Program-made: the position numbers and the translations under genes | Shown here: positions 38,558 to 49,830 of the stretch, piece by piece | Layout of the letters: each line of letters begins with the position of its first letter | Numbering within the stretch: position 1 is the first letter of the stretch | The notes under the pieces: model-generated | What the model was told of the DNA's origin: nothing | The model's database searches: none | The model's input: only the letters and a program-made list of their open reading frames with translations | Origin: Squalus acanthias | Taxonomy: Eukaryota | Assembly (NCBI GenBank): GCA_030390025.1 | Contig: CM059431.1 | Coordinates: forward strand, 97,032,001 to 97,096,000 | Direction of reading: 5' to 3' | Length of the DNA: 64,000 nt

Positions 38558-39452
38558 GGGGGAAAAATTGAGTTGGTTGCGCCTCCCGTTAGCGCCTTAA
38601 GAGGGCGCTAATGGGGCGCAAAGCAACTAGCGCCTGGGCGCAGCGATGTTTGCGCCGCTCGCGAACTTAACTAGACATTTTGCGGCGGCGCTAAACACTA
38701 CTGCCACGATCTCCTGCGCTGGCAGATCGAGACGTCAGTCGAGTGCGCAACGCCCCGGTATCGCCCCGGAGCGGATATTGAGTGGCGCCCCCTGCCTTAC
38801 CGCCTGACGCTAGCAACGACAGGTTGAGGGGAGCGTTCTGCAGTCAGGAAGGGAGAGGGGGAGCGCTATTTAAAGGTGACCGCTTCCTGCCTTTTATTGT
38901 TGGTGCCATTTTTGAACTCCGCATTCTGAGAGAGAGAGAGAGAGAGACTTCTGGAGAGATTCAACGTTGTGTGAAGGAGTTTTGGGTACTGAGCAGCACT
39001 TTGCAGGTTCATTTTGATTTGTCATTCCTTGTATCGATTTAGAAAAGAATGTGGGGGCTGCACTCTGAGCTCTTTACCTGGTACTCTCCATTGTTCTTTC
39101 CAGCAGATTTGATGTGCAGGTCTCTCCAGGCCGAGATTCAAGGCTGCAATGAGCAGGATGTGGATGGAAAGCAAGATTAACCATCCCCTTTAAGAACTGG
39201 CCCGTGCCATTGTGTGTGTGTTCCATTGCTGACTGACATCACATGAGCTTCGCCAGCGCTCTGAGGTAGCGCCTCGCTCCTCGGCCTTTGCGCCTTAACA
39301 CAGGTGTGAAGTGCCTGATTTAGTGCTCCAATCACTTCCAGGGGCGATAAAAGTCAAGTTTGCAGTCGGTGGCGATAATTAGCGCCAGGCGCTAATCTTT
39401 GCGCCCGGCCGATAATTGCGCCCCAAATGGGGCGATACTGAATTTCTCCCCC
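38558..39452 (+). mobile_element. Harbinger MITE type II, 895 bp
   Basis: TIRs; TSD CAA/CAA; one satellite unit away from the preceding element. Confidence 0.95.
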
Positions 39453-40421
39453 CAAGTATTTTGGGACCCAAACACCAAGCGTTCTGTAACCCAAACACCA
39501 AGCGTTCTGTAACCCAAACACCAAGCGTTCTGTAACCCAAACACCAAGCGTTCTGTAACCCAAACACCAAGCGTTCTGTAACCCAAACACCAAGCGTTCT
39601 GTAACCCAAACACCAAGCATTATGGAACCCAAACACTAAGCATTATGGAACCCAAACACCTAACATTCCGGAACACAAACACCAAGCATTCCGGAACCCA
39701 AACACCAAGCGTTCCAGGACTCAAACACCAAGCGTTCCAGGACCCAAACACCAAGCGTTCCAGGACCCAAACACCAAGCGTTCCAGGACCCAAACACCAA
39801 GCGTTCTGGGACCTAAACAACAAGCTTTCCGGGACCCAAACACCAAGCAAACTGGGACCCAAACACGAAGTGTACCAAGACCTAAACATTCTAGTGTTCT
39901 GGGACCCAAACAGCAAGCATTCCAGGACCAAAACACCAAGCATTCCAGGACCAAAACACCAAGCATTCTGGAACCCAAACGCAAAGCTTACCGGAACAAA
40001 AGCACCAAGTGTTTCGGGACCCAAACACCAAGCATTCCGTGATTGAAACACAAAGCCTTACAGGATCCAAACACCAACCGTTCCGGGACCCAAACACCAA
40101 GCATTCCGGGACTCAAACACCAAGCATACTGGAACCCAGACACCAAGTGTTCCGGGACCCAAACACCAAGCATTCTGAAATTGAAACATCAAGCGTTCTG
40201 GAACCGAAACACCAAGCGTTCCATGACCCTAACACCAAGTTTACAGGACTCAAACACCAAGCGTTTCAGGATCCAAACACCAAGTGATCTGAGACCCAAA
40301 CACCAAGCGTTCAAGGACCCTAACAACAACCATTCCAGGACCCAAACACCAAGCATTCCAGGAACCAAACACCAAGCATTCTGGAACCCAAACACCAAGC
40401 TTTCCGGAACCCAAGCACCAA

Positions 40422-41312
40422 GGGGTAAAAATTCAGTTGGTTGCGCCTCCCGTTGCGCCTTAAGAGGGCGCTAATGGGGCGCAAAGTCGCTAATGCCCGG
40501 GCGCAGCGATGGTTGCGCCGCTCGGGAACTTAACTAGAGATTGTGCGGCGGCGCTAAACTTTACCGCTGCGACCACCTGCGCGCGCAGATTGTGACGTCA
40601 TTCCATGGTGCAACGCCCTTGTGGCGCCCCGGAGCAGAAATTGAGTGGCGCCCCCTGCCTTACCGCCTGGCGCATCCAACGACCAGAAGACTGGAACGCT
40701 ATCAATCGCTGTGGGGCTGGTGGGGGCGCTATTTAAAGGAGGCCTCTTCCTGTCTTTTATTGTTGGTGGCATTTTTGAACTACGCATTCTGAGAGCGAGA
40801 GGGAGAGACTTCTGGAGAGATTCAACATTGTGTGAAGGAGTTTTGGGTACTGAGCAGCACTTTGCAGGTTCATTTTCATTTGCCATTCCTTGTATCGATT
40901 TAGCAGAGACTGTGGGAGCTGCACTCTGAGCTCTTTGCCTGGTACTCTCCATTGTTCTTTCCAGCACATTTGATGTGCAAGTCTCTCCAGGCCGAGATTC
41001 AAGGCTGCAATGAACAGGATGTGGATGGAAAGCAAGATTAACCATCCCCTTTAAGAACTGGCCCGTGCCATTGTGTGTGTGTTCCATTGCTGACTGACAT
41101 TACATGAGCTTCGCCAGCGCTCTGAGTTAGCGCCTCACTCCTTGGCCTTTGCGCCTTAAGACAGGTGTGCAGCGCCTGATTTAGCGCTCCACTCACCTCC
41201 CAGGGCGGTAAAAGTGAAGTTTCCAGTCAGTGCCGATAATTAGCGCCAGGCGCTAATATTTGCGTCCAGACGATATTTGCGCCCCAAATGGGGCGCGACC
41301 TAATTTTCCCCC
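40422..41312 (+). mobile_element. Harbinger MITE type I, ~891 bp
   Basis: TIRs (right TIR 1 nt short); TSD CAA/CAA. Confidence 0.93.
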
Positions 41313-42487
41313 CAAATGTTTTGGGACCCAAACAACAAGCATTCTGAAACCCAAATACTAAGTGTTCTGGAACCCAAACACCAAACGTCTGGAACCCAAA
41401 CACCAAGCGTTCCGGTATTCAAACACAATGCATTCCAGACCCAAACTCCAAGTGTTCCGGGACCCAAACACCAAGCTTTCCGGAACCCAAACACCAGGTT
41501 TTCTGAGACCCAAACACAAGCGTTCCAGGACCCAAACACCAGCATTCCAGGACCCAAACACCAATCGTTCTGGAACCAAACACCAAGCGTTCCGGGACCC
41601 AAACACCAAGCATTCTGGAACCAAACACCAAGCGTTCTTGGACCCAAACAACAAGCGTTCCAGGACACAAACACCAGGATTTCTGGGACACAAACACCAA
41701 GCAAACTAGGACCCAAACACCAAGTGCACCAAGACCCAAACATCCAAGCATTCTGGAACCCAAACAGCAAGCGTTCTGGAACCCAAACACCAAGCGTTCA
41801 GGAACCCAAGCACCAAGTGTTCCGGGATTCAAACACAATGCGTTCCAGGACCCAAACTCCAAGCATTCCGGGACCCAAACACCAAGCTTTCTGGGACTCA
41901 AACACCAAGCGTTCTGGGACCCAAACACCAAGCGTTCTGGGACCCAAACACCATGTGTTCTGGAACCAAACACCAAGGGGGAAAAATTCAGTTGGTTGCG
42001 CCTCCCGTTAGCGCCTTAAGAGGTCGCAAATGGGGCGCAAAGCCGCTAGCGCCCGGGCGCAGCGATATTTGCGCCGCTCGGGAACTTAACTAGACATTGT
42101 GCGGCGGCGCTAAACTTTACCGCTACGACCACCTGCGCGCGCAGATTGTGACGTCATTCCATGGTGCAACGCCCTTGTGGCGCCCCGGAGCGGAAATTGA
42201 GTGGCGCCCCCTGCCTTACCGCCTGGCGCATCCAACGACCGGAAGACTGGAACGCTATCAATCGCTGTGGGGCTGGGGGGGGCGCTATTTAAAGGGGGCC
42301 TCTTCCTGTCTTTTTCTGTGGTTGACATTTTTGCACCACTCGTTCTGAGAGAGAGAGAGAGATTCGGAGAGAGAGAAAGAGAGACTTCTGCATTGAGTCA
42401 ACGCTTTGTGAGGTAGTTTTTTCTACTGATCCTAACTTCGCTGGTACTTTGGTTGCTGTCCTTCATAACTTTGCTTGCAAAGAGACT

Positions 42488-43645
42488 ATGGGGGCTGCAC
42501 TGAATGGGGGCGTCATCCTGCTCCAGCTGAATCGGAGGACACAGAGACGCAGAGAGAGAGTGGCAATGATGGCCAGACGGAGGAGGGCCAACAGGCGTCT
42601 GTACAGGAGAGCTCACCCTCCCAGGGTATATCGTGAACAGCTGTCCTACATTCATTTGTCTGAGGAGCTGTGTTTGCGAAGGCTGCAATTCAGCAAGGAG
42701 GTGGTCACTGAGCTCTGCCACCTGCTGCAGCCAGATCTGAGGTCCAGGACGTCTCTGTCGGTGGCAGTGAAGGTCACAGTGGCTCTCAACTTCTATGCTA
42801 CTGGCTCATTTCAAGCTGCTGCTGGGGACCTCGCCAATATCTCCCAGTTCACGGTGCATTGCTGCATCCGGCAGGTCACAAATGCCCTCTTTAAAAGGAG
42901 ACGAGAGTTCATCTCTTTCCCCATGACCCCAGACAAGCAGCGTGACCGCGCTCTGGGCTTTGCGAGGATAGCGGGCTTCCCCATGGTGCAGGGCGCCATT
43001 GACTGCACGCATGTGGCTTTGCGTGCTCCACATGAGAATGCCGAGGATTTCCGGAACAGAAAGAGGTTCCATTCCTTGAATGTTCAGTTGGTCTGTGACC
43101 ACAGACAGCTGATACTCGCTGTCAATGCCCACTATCCTGGCAGCTGCCACGATGCTTTCATCCTGCGCCAGACTACTGTGGCAGAACTTTTCGAGGCACC
43201 GCATCAGCCAGTTGGTTGGCTTCTCGGGGACAAGGGGTATCCATTGAGCACCTGGCTGATGACACCGCTCCGTACGCCCAACACCCCTGCTGAGCTGCGG
43301 TACAACGAGAGCCATCAAGCTACCAGGAACATCATTGAGCGCACAATCGGCGTGCTGAAGCAACGGTTCCGCTGTCTCGACCATTCTGGAGGAGCCCTGC
43401 AGTACTCGCCTGAGCGAGTATCCAACTTCGTAGTTGTGTGCTGCATGTTGCATAACATGGCAATCGTCAGTACCCAGCCAATGCCACCAGGCCTTGGAGC
43501 ACCACCAGAGGAGGAGGAGAAAGAGGAGGAAGAGGAGGAAGAGGACGAGGAGGATGATCATCAGCAGCACCAAGGCGGGAGGGCGGCCCACAATGGTGAA
43601 ACTGCAAGGGCCGTCCGTCAATGGCTGATAGCAAGCCGCTTCTAG
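42488..43645 (+). CDS. Harbinger DDE transposase, 385 aa
   Basis: Uninterrupted ORF from ATG 42488; DDE triad intact; 4-aa deletion (QPQL) and KGF>KRF relative to the other copies. Confidence 0.93.
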   Translation: MGAALNGGVILLQLNRRTQRRRERVAMMARRRRANRRLYRRAHPPRVYREQLSYIHLSEELCLRRLQFSKEVVTELCHLLQPDLRSRTSLSVAVKVTVALNFYATGSFQAAAGDLANISQFTVHCCIRQVTNALFKRRREFISFPMTPDKQRDRALGFARIAGFPMVQGAIDCTHVALRAPHENAEDFRNRKRFHSLNVQLVCDHRQLILAVNAHYPGSCHDAFILRQTTVAELFEAPHQPVGWLLGDKGYPLSTWLMTPLRTPNTPAELRYNESHQATRNIIERTIGVLKQRFRCLDHSGGALQYSPERVSNFVVVCCMLHNMAIVSTQPMPPGLGAPPEEEEKEEEEEEEDEEDDHQQHQGGRAAHNGETARAVRQWLIASRF

Positions 43646-43955
43646 GGCCCCTGCTGTGGAAATGGCTTCTGCCATTGCTAACAACATCAATGAACCCAGG
43701 ACGCAACCCCTAAGCCGGCCAAGGCACCAATGATTCCAAACACCAAACATGTATATTTTGAATACAAAAACTTATTTATTTTACAAACTCTGTGTGTGTC
43801 ATTTCCTCATGACAAACTCATAGAAATAAACACAAAAAAAGTCATTAACATAACTGGTTCTCACAACCTGGAGATAATGTCCAAAACACTAGACAAAAGT
43901 TGGACCACGAACCTCGGCCTTTAATAAAAAAATGACTAGCATTTTGTCACACCTC

Positions 43956-45775
43956 CTACTTTTTGCCCTTCGAGGGTGATCTCCTTCCCTTGCGCACTTC
44001 CCCCCTTCTAACCCTACTGCTCCTCCGTAATGGGACCTCAGTGGCTGCAGCAAGGCTGGTGGAAGGCTGCTGATTGTCAGACCCTGACACTGCAGATGCC
44101 CCTGAAGGACGGCCTCGACCAGTTCTGGGCCTGGAGGGCCCGGCTGCAGACTGCACCAACTCTGCATGGGCGGCAGCAGTCTGTCCTACAGGCGGTGGCA
44201 ACTGCAGTGGAGAAGTGACAGTGTTGGCAGCAGGAATGCTGTCATCGTGAGAGAGGACAGCAACTCCCTGCTCGACCGACACACTGGCACTCCCAAGGGG
44301 CAGCACTTCAGCATCCGGAGCAATCTGCTGGAGCACAGATTGCTGGCCTGCTGCGGCGCGGTGAGAGCCCCGGGGACATGTGAACGAACCATCGAGGTTG
44401 GCAGCAGTCAGTGCTCGCGTGGCCTCAATCTGAGTCTGCATGAGAGCAGTCAGAGATGGGATCACGGCAGTCAGTGACTGAATTGCAGCACTAAGCTTTA
44501 GTGTGGCATCCGCCTGTGCTACAGCGAAGTGCTCCACACTCCTTGCCAGTGACTCAATGCATTCGGGCACCCTTCCCACTGCACCCATGAGCTCAGTGTG
44601 CATGCCCACCGCCTGGGTGTTCATTTCTGCGATCAGCCGCTCCTCCTCTGCGTCCATTGCAGTAGGAGTCGCTGGCATACTCTCCCTCTGGGGAGAAGGC
44701 CCCCGTTCTTCCCTACCCCCATGGCGTTGCTGCAGCCCGCTGGGTCCTGGAGCTTCACCCTCATCAGACCCTTCCCCCCTGCTCCCCTCCAGGGAAGGCG
44801 TGTTCCCAGTGTGGGCATGGGCTTCCTCGGGAGAGGGTGGCACTGATGCTCCGGCTTCCTCTTCCTCCTCGGCTGCAGCTTCACTCCCACTGGCAGCTTC
44901 AGGGCCCGTCTCCTCAGCTGGTGAATCACCATCTGAAAGCAGGGAGGTACAAGAGTGGCTTTAGCGTGAGGACAGGGTGGCAGTAAGGGAGGAATAAGTG
45001 CAGCGAGTTAGCAAGTTGGATTGAAAGTGTCAAAGGCTGGTGTTGTGACGGACAAGTGGAAGGACAGAGGACAAAAAGGTGATGACCTTACCATTGCTGT
45101 CCAGAACGGGGTCGGCGTCTCCAGTGGCGACGGGACCGATCACCCGGCTTGCCACAATCCTGTGGACGCGCTCCTCAAGATCGCTGAGGGGTTGCAGCTG
45201 AGGCCGCCCTCCACCTGTCCGTTGCTGCTGTCTCCTATTATGCGCCAGCTTGGCCTGCAAGAAAAAGGACAGCATCTGAGTAAATATACAGCCATGGTCT
45301 TGCCTGATGTGCCTCCCATAGGTGAATAGCCCTTACTGTATGCAGCCATGGTCTTGCCTGATGTGCCTCCCATAGATGAATAGCCCTTACTGTATGCAAA
45401 GTGTGGAATGTGTGTGTGTGTTTCATGAAAGGGCCATAGGTGTTGGATGAGTGTTGTGCATTGGGGTTTTAAGACCCTCTAGCCATAGAGTGAGGTTGAG
45501 ATGGAGGGATGGAGAGGTATTGAGAAAAAGCCACTCACCCTGACGACCCGAGTGAGGTCGTTGAACTTTTTGCGGCATTGAACATGGGTCCTGGGCACCA
45601 TGCTCCTGGAGGAGACGCTCTGAGCCACCTCCCTCCACACTCTTCTGTACTCGCGTGGCAAAGGCCTCCTGCCACTCTCAGGGAAGAGTATACATCTTCT
45701 GCGCTCCACCGCGCCAACCAGAGCATCCAAGGCCTGCTCGGTGAAGCGCTGAGCTCGTTCTCTCACCCTCTCCAT
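43956..45775 (-). CDS. Myb/SANT-like protein, 3 exons (45775-45539, 45254-45092, 44932-43956), ~458 aa
   Basis: Conserved GT-AG junctions; 1377 nt in frame. Confidence 0.85.
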
Positions 45776-46320
45776 CCTTGGCAGCAAAATGGATTCACAG
45801 GTCTCTCCAGGCCGAGATTCAAGGCTGCAATGAGCAGGGTGTGGCTGGGGAGCAAGTTGGCCCCCCCTGCTTTAAGAACTGGCCGGCGCCAGTGTGTCTG
45901 TGTTCCCTTGCTAACTGGCAGCACCTGCGCTGCGCTCGCGCGCTGAGTTAGCGCCTCACTGCTCGGCCTTTGCGCCTTAAGACAGTGTGCAGCGCCTGAT
46001 TTAGCGCTCCACTCACGTCCCGGGGCGGTAAAAGTGAAGTTTCCAGTCAGTGGCGATAATTAGCGCCAGACGCTAATTTTTGCGTCCAGACGATATTTGC
46101 GCCCCAAATGGGGTGCGACCTAATTTTTTCCCCCAAGTGTTTCGGAACCCAAAGACCAAGCGTTTCGGAACCCAAACACCAAACGTTCTGGGATTGAAAC
46201 ACAAAGTGTTCCAAGACCCAAACACCAACCTTTCCGGGACCAAAACACCAAGCATTCTGAAACCTAAACACCAAACATTCCGGAACCCAAACACCAAGCG
46301 TTCCGGGACCCAAACACTAA

Positions 46321-47214
46321 GGGGTAAAAATTCACTTGGTTGCGCCACCCGTTAGTGCCTTAAGAGGGCGCTAATGGGGCGCAAAGCCGCTAACGCCCGG
46401 GCGCAGCGATGTTTGCGCCGCTCGAGAACTTAACTTGAGATTGTGCGGCGGCGCTAAAACTTACCGCTGCGACCACCTGCGCGCGCAGATTGTGACGTCT
46501 TTCCATGGTGCAACGCCCTTGGTGCGCCCCGTAGCGGAAATTGAGTGGCGCCCCCTGCCTTACCGCCTGGCGCTTCCAACGACCAGAAGACTGGAAGGCT
46601 ATCAATCGCTGTGGGGCTGGGGGGGGGCGCTATTTAAAGGGGGCCTCTTCCTGTCTTTTATTGTTGGTGGCATTTTTGAACTACGCATTCTGAGAGAGAG
46701 AGGGAGAGACTTCTGGAGAGATTCAACGTTGTGGGAAGGAGTTTTGGGTACTGAGCAGCACTTTGCAGGTTCATTTTGATTTGCCATTCCTTGTATCGAT
46801 TTAGCAGAGACCGTGGGAGCTGCACTCTGAGCTCTTTGCCTGGTGCTCTCCATTGTTCTTTCCAGCACATTTGATGTGCAAGTCTCTCCAGGCCGAGATT
46901 CAAGGCAGCAATGAACAGGATGTGGATGGAAAGCAAGATTAACCATCCCCTTTAAGAACTGGCCCGTGCCATTGTGTGTGTGTTCCATTGCTGACTGACA
47001 TTACATGAGCTTCGCCAGCGCTCCGAGTTAGCGCCTCACTGCTCGGCCTTTGCGCCTTAAGAGAGGTGTGCAGCGCCTGCTTTAGCGCTCCACTCACCTC
47101 CCGGGGCGGTAAAAGTGAAGTTTCCCATCAGTGCCGATAATTAGCGCCAGGCGCTAATATTTGCGTCCGGACGATATTTGCGCCCCAAATGGGGCGCGAC
47201 CTAATTTCTACCCC
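46321..47214 (+). mobile_element. Harbinger MITE type I, 894 bp
   Basis: TIRs; flanks TAA/CAA (mismatched). Confidence 0.94.
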
Positions 47215-47286
47215 CAAGTGTTCTGAGACCCAAACACCAAGCTTTCTGGGACCCAAACATGAAGCATTCCAGGACCCAAGCACCAA

Positions 47287-48181
47287 GGGGGAGAAATTCA
47301 GTATCGCCCCATTTGGGGCGCAATTATCGGCCAGGCGCAAAGATTAGCGCCTGGCGCTAATTATCACCTCCAACTGCAAACTTGGCTTTTATCGCCCCTG
47401 GAGGTGATTGGAGCGCTAAATCAGGCGCTTCACAACTGTCTTAAGGCGCAAAGGCCGAGGAGCGAGGCGCTACCTCAGAGCGCTGGCGAAGCTCATGTGA
47501 TGTCAGTCAGCAATGGAACACAGACACAATGGCACCAGCCAGTTCTTAAAGGGGAGGGTTGATCTTGCTCTCCATCAACATCCTGCTCATTGCAGCCTTG
47601 AATCTCGGCCTGGAGAGACCTGTACATCAAATCTGCTGGAAAGAACAATGGAGAGACCCAGGGAAAGAGCTCAGAGTGCAGCCCCCACAGTCTCTTCTAA
47701 ATCGATACAAGGAAGGGCAAATCAAAATGAACCTGCAAAGTGCTGCTCAGTACCCAAAACTCCTTCACACAGCGTTGAATCTCTCCAGAAGTCTCTCTCT
47801 CTCTCTCTCAGAATGCGTGGTGCAAAAATGTCACCAACAAAAAAAGGCAGGAAGCGGTCGCCTTTAAATAGCGCTCCCCCAGTCCCTTCCTGACTGCAAA
47901 ACGCTCCCCTCAACCTGTCGTTGCTAGCGGCAGGCGGTAAGGCAGGGGGCGCCACTCAATATCCGCTCCGGGGTGCTACCTGGAGCGTTGCGCACTCGAC
48001 TGACGTCACGAGCTGCCTGCGCAGGAGAGCATGGCAGTAGTGTTTAGCACCGCCGCAAAATGTCTAGTTAATTTCGTGAGTGGCGCAAACATCGCCGCGC
48101 ACGGGCACTAGTTGCTTTGCGCCCCATTAGCGCCCTCTTAAGGCGCTAACGTGAGGTGCAAACCAACTGAATTTTTCCCCC
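47287..48181 (-). mobile_element. Harbinger MITE type II, 895 bp
   Basis: TIRs; TSD CAA/CAA. Confidence 0.95.
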
Positions 48182-49219
48182 CAAGTGTTCCGGAACCCAA
48201 ACACCAAGGGTCCCGGAACCCAAACACCAAGGATTCTGGAACCCAAACACCAAGCGTTCCAGGACCCAAACACCAAGCTTTCTGGAACCCAAACACTAAG
48301 CATTCTGGAAGCCAAACACCAAGTATTTCGGGACCCAAACACCAAGCGTTCTGGAACTCAAACGCTAAGCGTTCTGGGACCCAAACACCAAGCGTTCCGG
48401 GACCCAAACACCAAGCGTTCTGTAACCCAAACACCAAGCGTTATGGAACGCAAGCACCAAGTGTTTCAGGACATCAACACCAAGCATTCTGGAACCCAAA
48501 CACTTAACGTTTCGGAACCCAAACACCAAACATTCCAGAACCTAAACACCAAGCGTTCTGGGATTCAAACACAAAACATTCCAGGACCCAAACACCAAGT
48601 GTTGTGGGACCCAAACACCAAGCGTTCCAGGACCCAAACATCAAGCATTCCAGGACCCAAATACCAAGCGTTCTGAAACCCAAACACCAAGTGTTTCAGA
48701 ATACAAACACCAAGCGTTCCAGAACCCAAACACCAAGCGCTCTGGAACCCAAACAACAAATGTTCAGAACCCAAACAACAAATGTTCCAGAACCCAAACA
48801 CCAAGCATTCCAGGACCCAAACACAAAGCGTTCCAGGACCCAAACACCAAGCGTCCCGGGACCCAAACACCAAGCATTCCGGGACCCAAACACCAAGCGT
48901 TCCGGGACCCAAACACCAAGCGTTCTGGGACCCAAACACCAAGTGTTCTGGAACCCAAACACCAAGCGTTCCGGAACCCAAACACCAAGCGTTCTGGAAC
49001 CCAAACACCAAGTGTTCTGGAACCCAAACACCAAGTGTTCCGGAACCCAAACACCAAGCGTTCTGGGACCCAAACACTAAGCAGTCTGGGACCCAAACAT
49101 CAAACGTTCCGGGGCCTAAACACTAAGCAGTCTGGGGCCCCTTTCTTTGAAGTCTTGGCGAAGTTCTTTGTGGACCACTCAACACATCCTGTCACACTCA
49201 CCTGGAGGGGAAAGTGGAC

Positions 49220-49830
49220 CTGAATAGGAAGGGGAGTAAGCCAACATCTTACTGCAATTATATAGGGCCCTGGCGAGACCACACCTGGAGTACTGTGTAT
49301 AGTTTTGGTCTCCTTACCTAAGGAAGGATATACTTGCCATAGAGGGAGTGCAATGAAGGTTCACCAGACTGGTTCCTGGGATGGGGGGATGGGAGAGATT
49401 GAGTAGACTGGGCCTATATTCTCTGGAGTTCAGAAGAATGAGAGGTGATCTCATTGAAACATACAAAATTCTTACAGGGCTTGACAGGATAGATGCTGAG
49501 AGGATGTTTCCCCTTGCTGGGGAGTCGAGAACTAGGAATCACAATCTCAGAATAAGGGGTCGGACATTTAGGACTGCGATGAGAAGATATTTCTTCACTC
49601 AGAGGGTGGTGAATTTTTGGAATTCTCTACCCCAGAGAGCTGTGGCATTGAGTATATTCAAGACAGAGATCGATAGATTTTTGGATATTAAGGGAATCAA
49701 GGGATATGGGGATAGTGCAGGAAAGTGGAGTTGAGGTAAAAGATCAGCCATGATCTTATTGAATGGTAGAATATTCTCAAAGGGACAAGTGGCCTACTCC
49801 TGCTCCTATTTCTTATGTTCTTATGTTCTT
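49220..49830 (+). mobile_element. 5'-truncated CR1 LINE (ORF2 C-terminus and 3' UTR)
   Basis: LGLYSLEFRRMRGDLIETYKI...FFTQRVVNFWNSLP; ends in a (TTCTTATG)n tail. The left boundary is approximate. Confidence 0.9.

Larger units (their letters stand above)
41977..46133 (+). mobile_element. Full-length Harbinger transposon, subfamily B, 4157 bp, both ORFs open
   Basis: TIRs; TSD CAA/CAA. Confidence 0.96.
1..49140. repeat. Satellite A: degenerate 23-bp tandem repeat (~GACCCAAACACCAAGCGTTCCAG), interrupted by 17 Harbinger insertions
   Basis: The core CCAAACACCAAG recurs every ~23 bp, followed by variable CGTTCCAGGA/CATTCTGGAA/TGTTCCAGGA/CAAACTGGGC. About 21 kb remains after removing the elements. 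Confidence 0.97.

Noticed and set aside
7595..46133. All four full-length elements in the same orientation
   Set aside because: Chance probability is 1 in 8, and the MITEs split 7 plus versus 6 minus.
1..49140. Many long ORFs in satellite A (PNTK/TQTPS/PKHQAF repeats)
   Set aside because: They are open in many frames on both strands because the 23-bp unit usually lacks stop codons; there is no evidence of coding.
1..49140. Excision footprints (+3 bp units) as the origin of satellite variation
   Set aside because: No consistent duplicated-TSD units were seen by eye; this needs a computational monomer-length scan.
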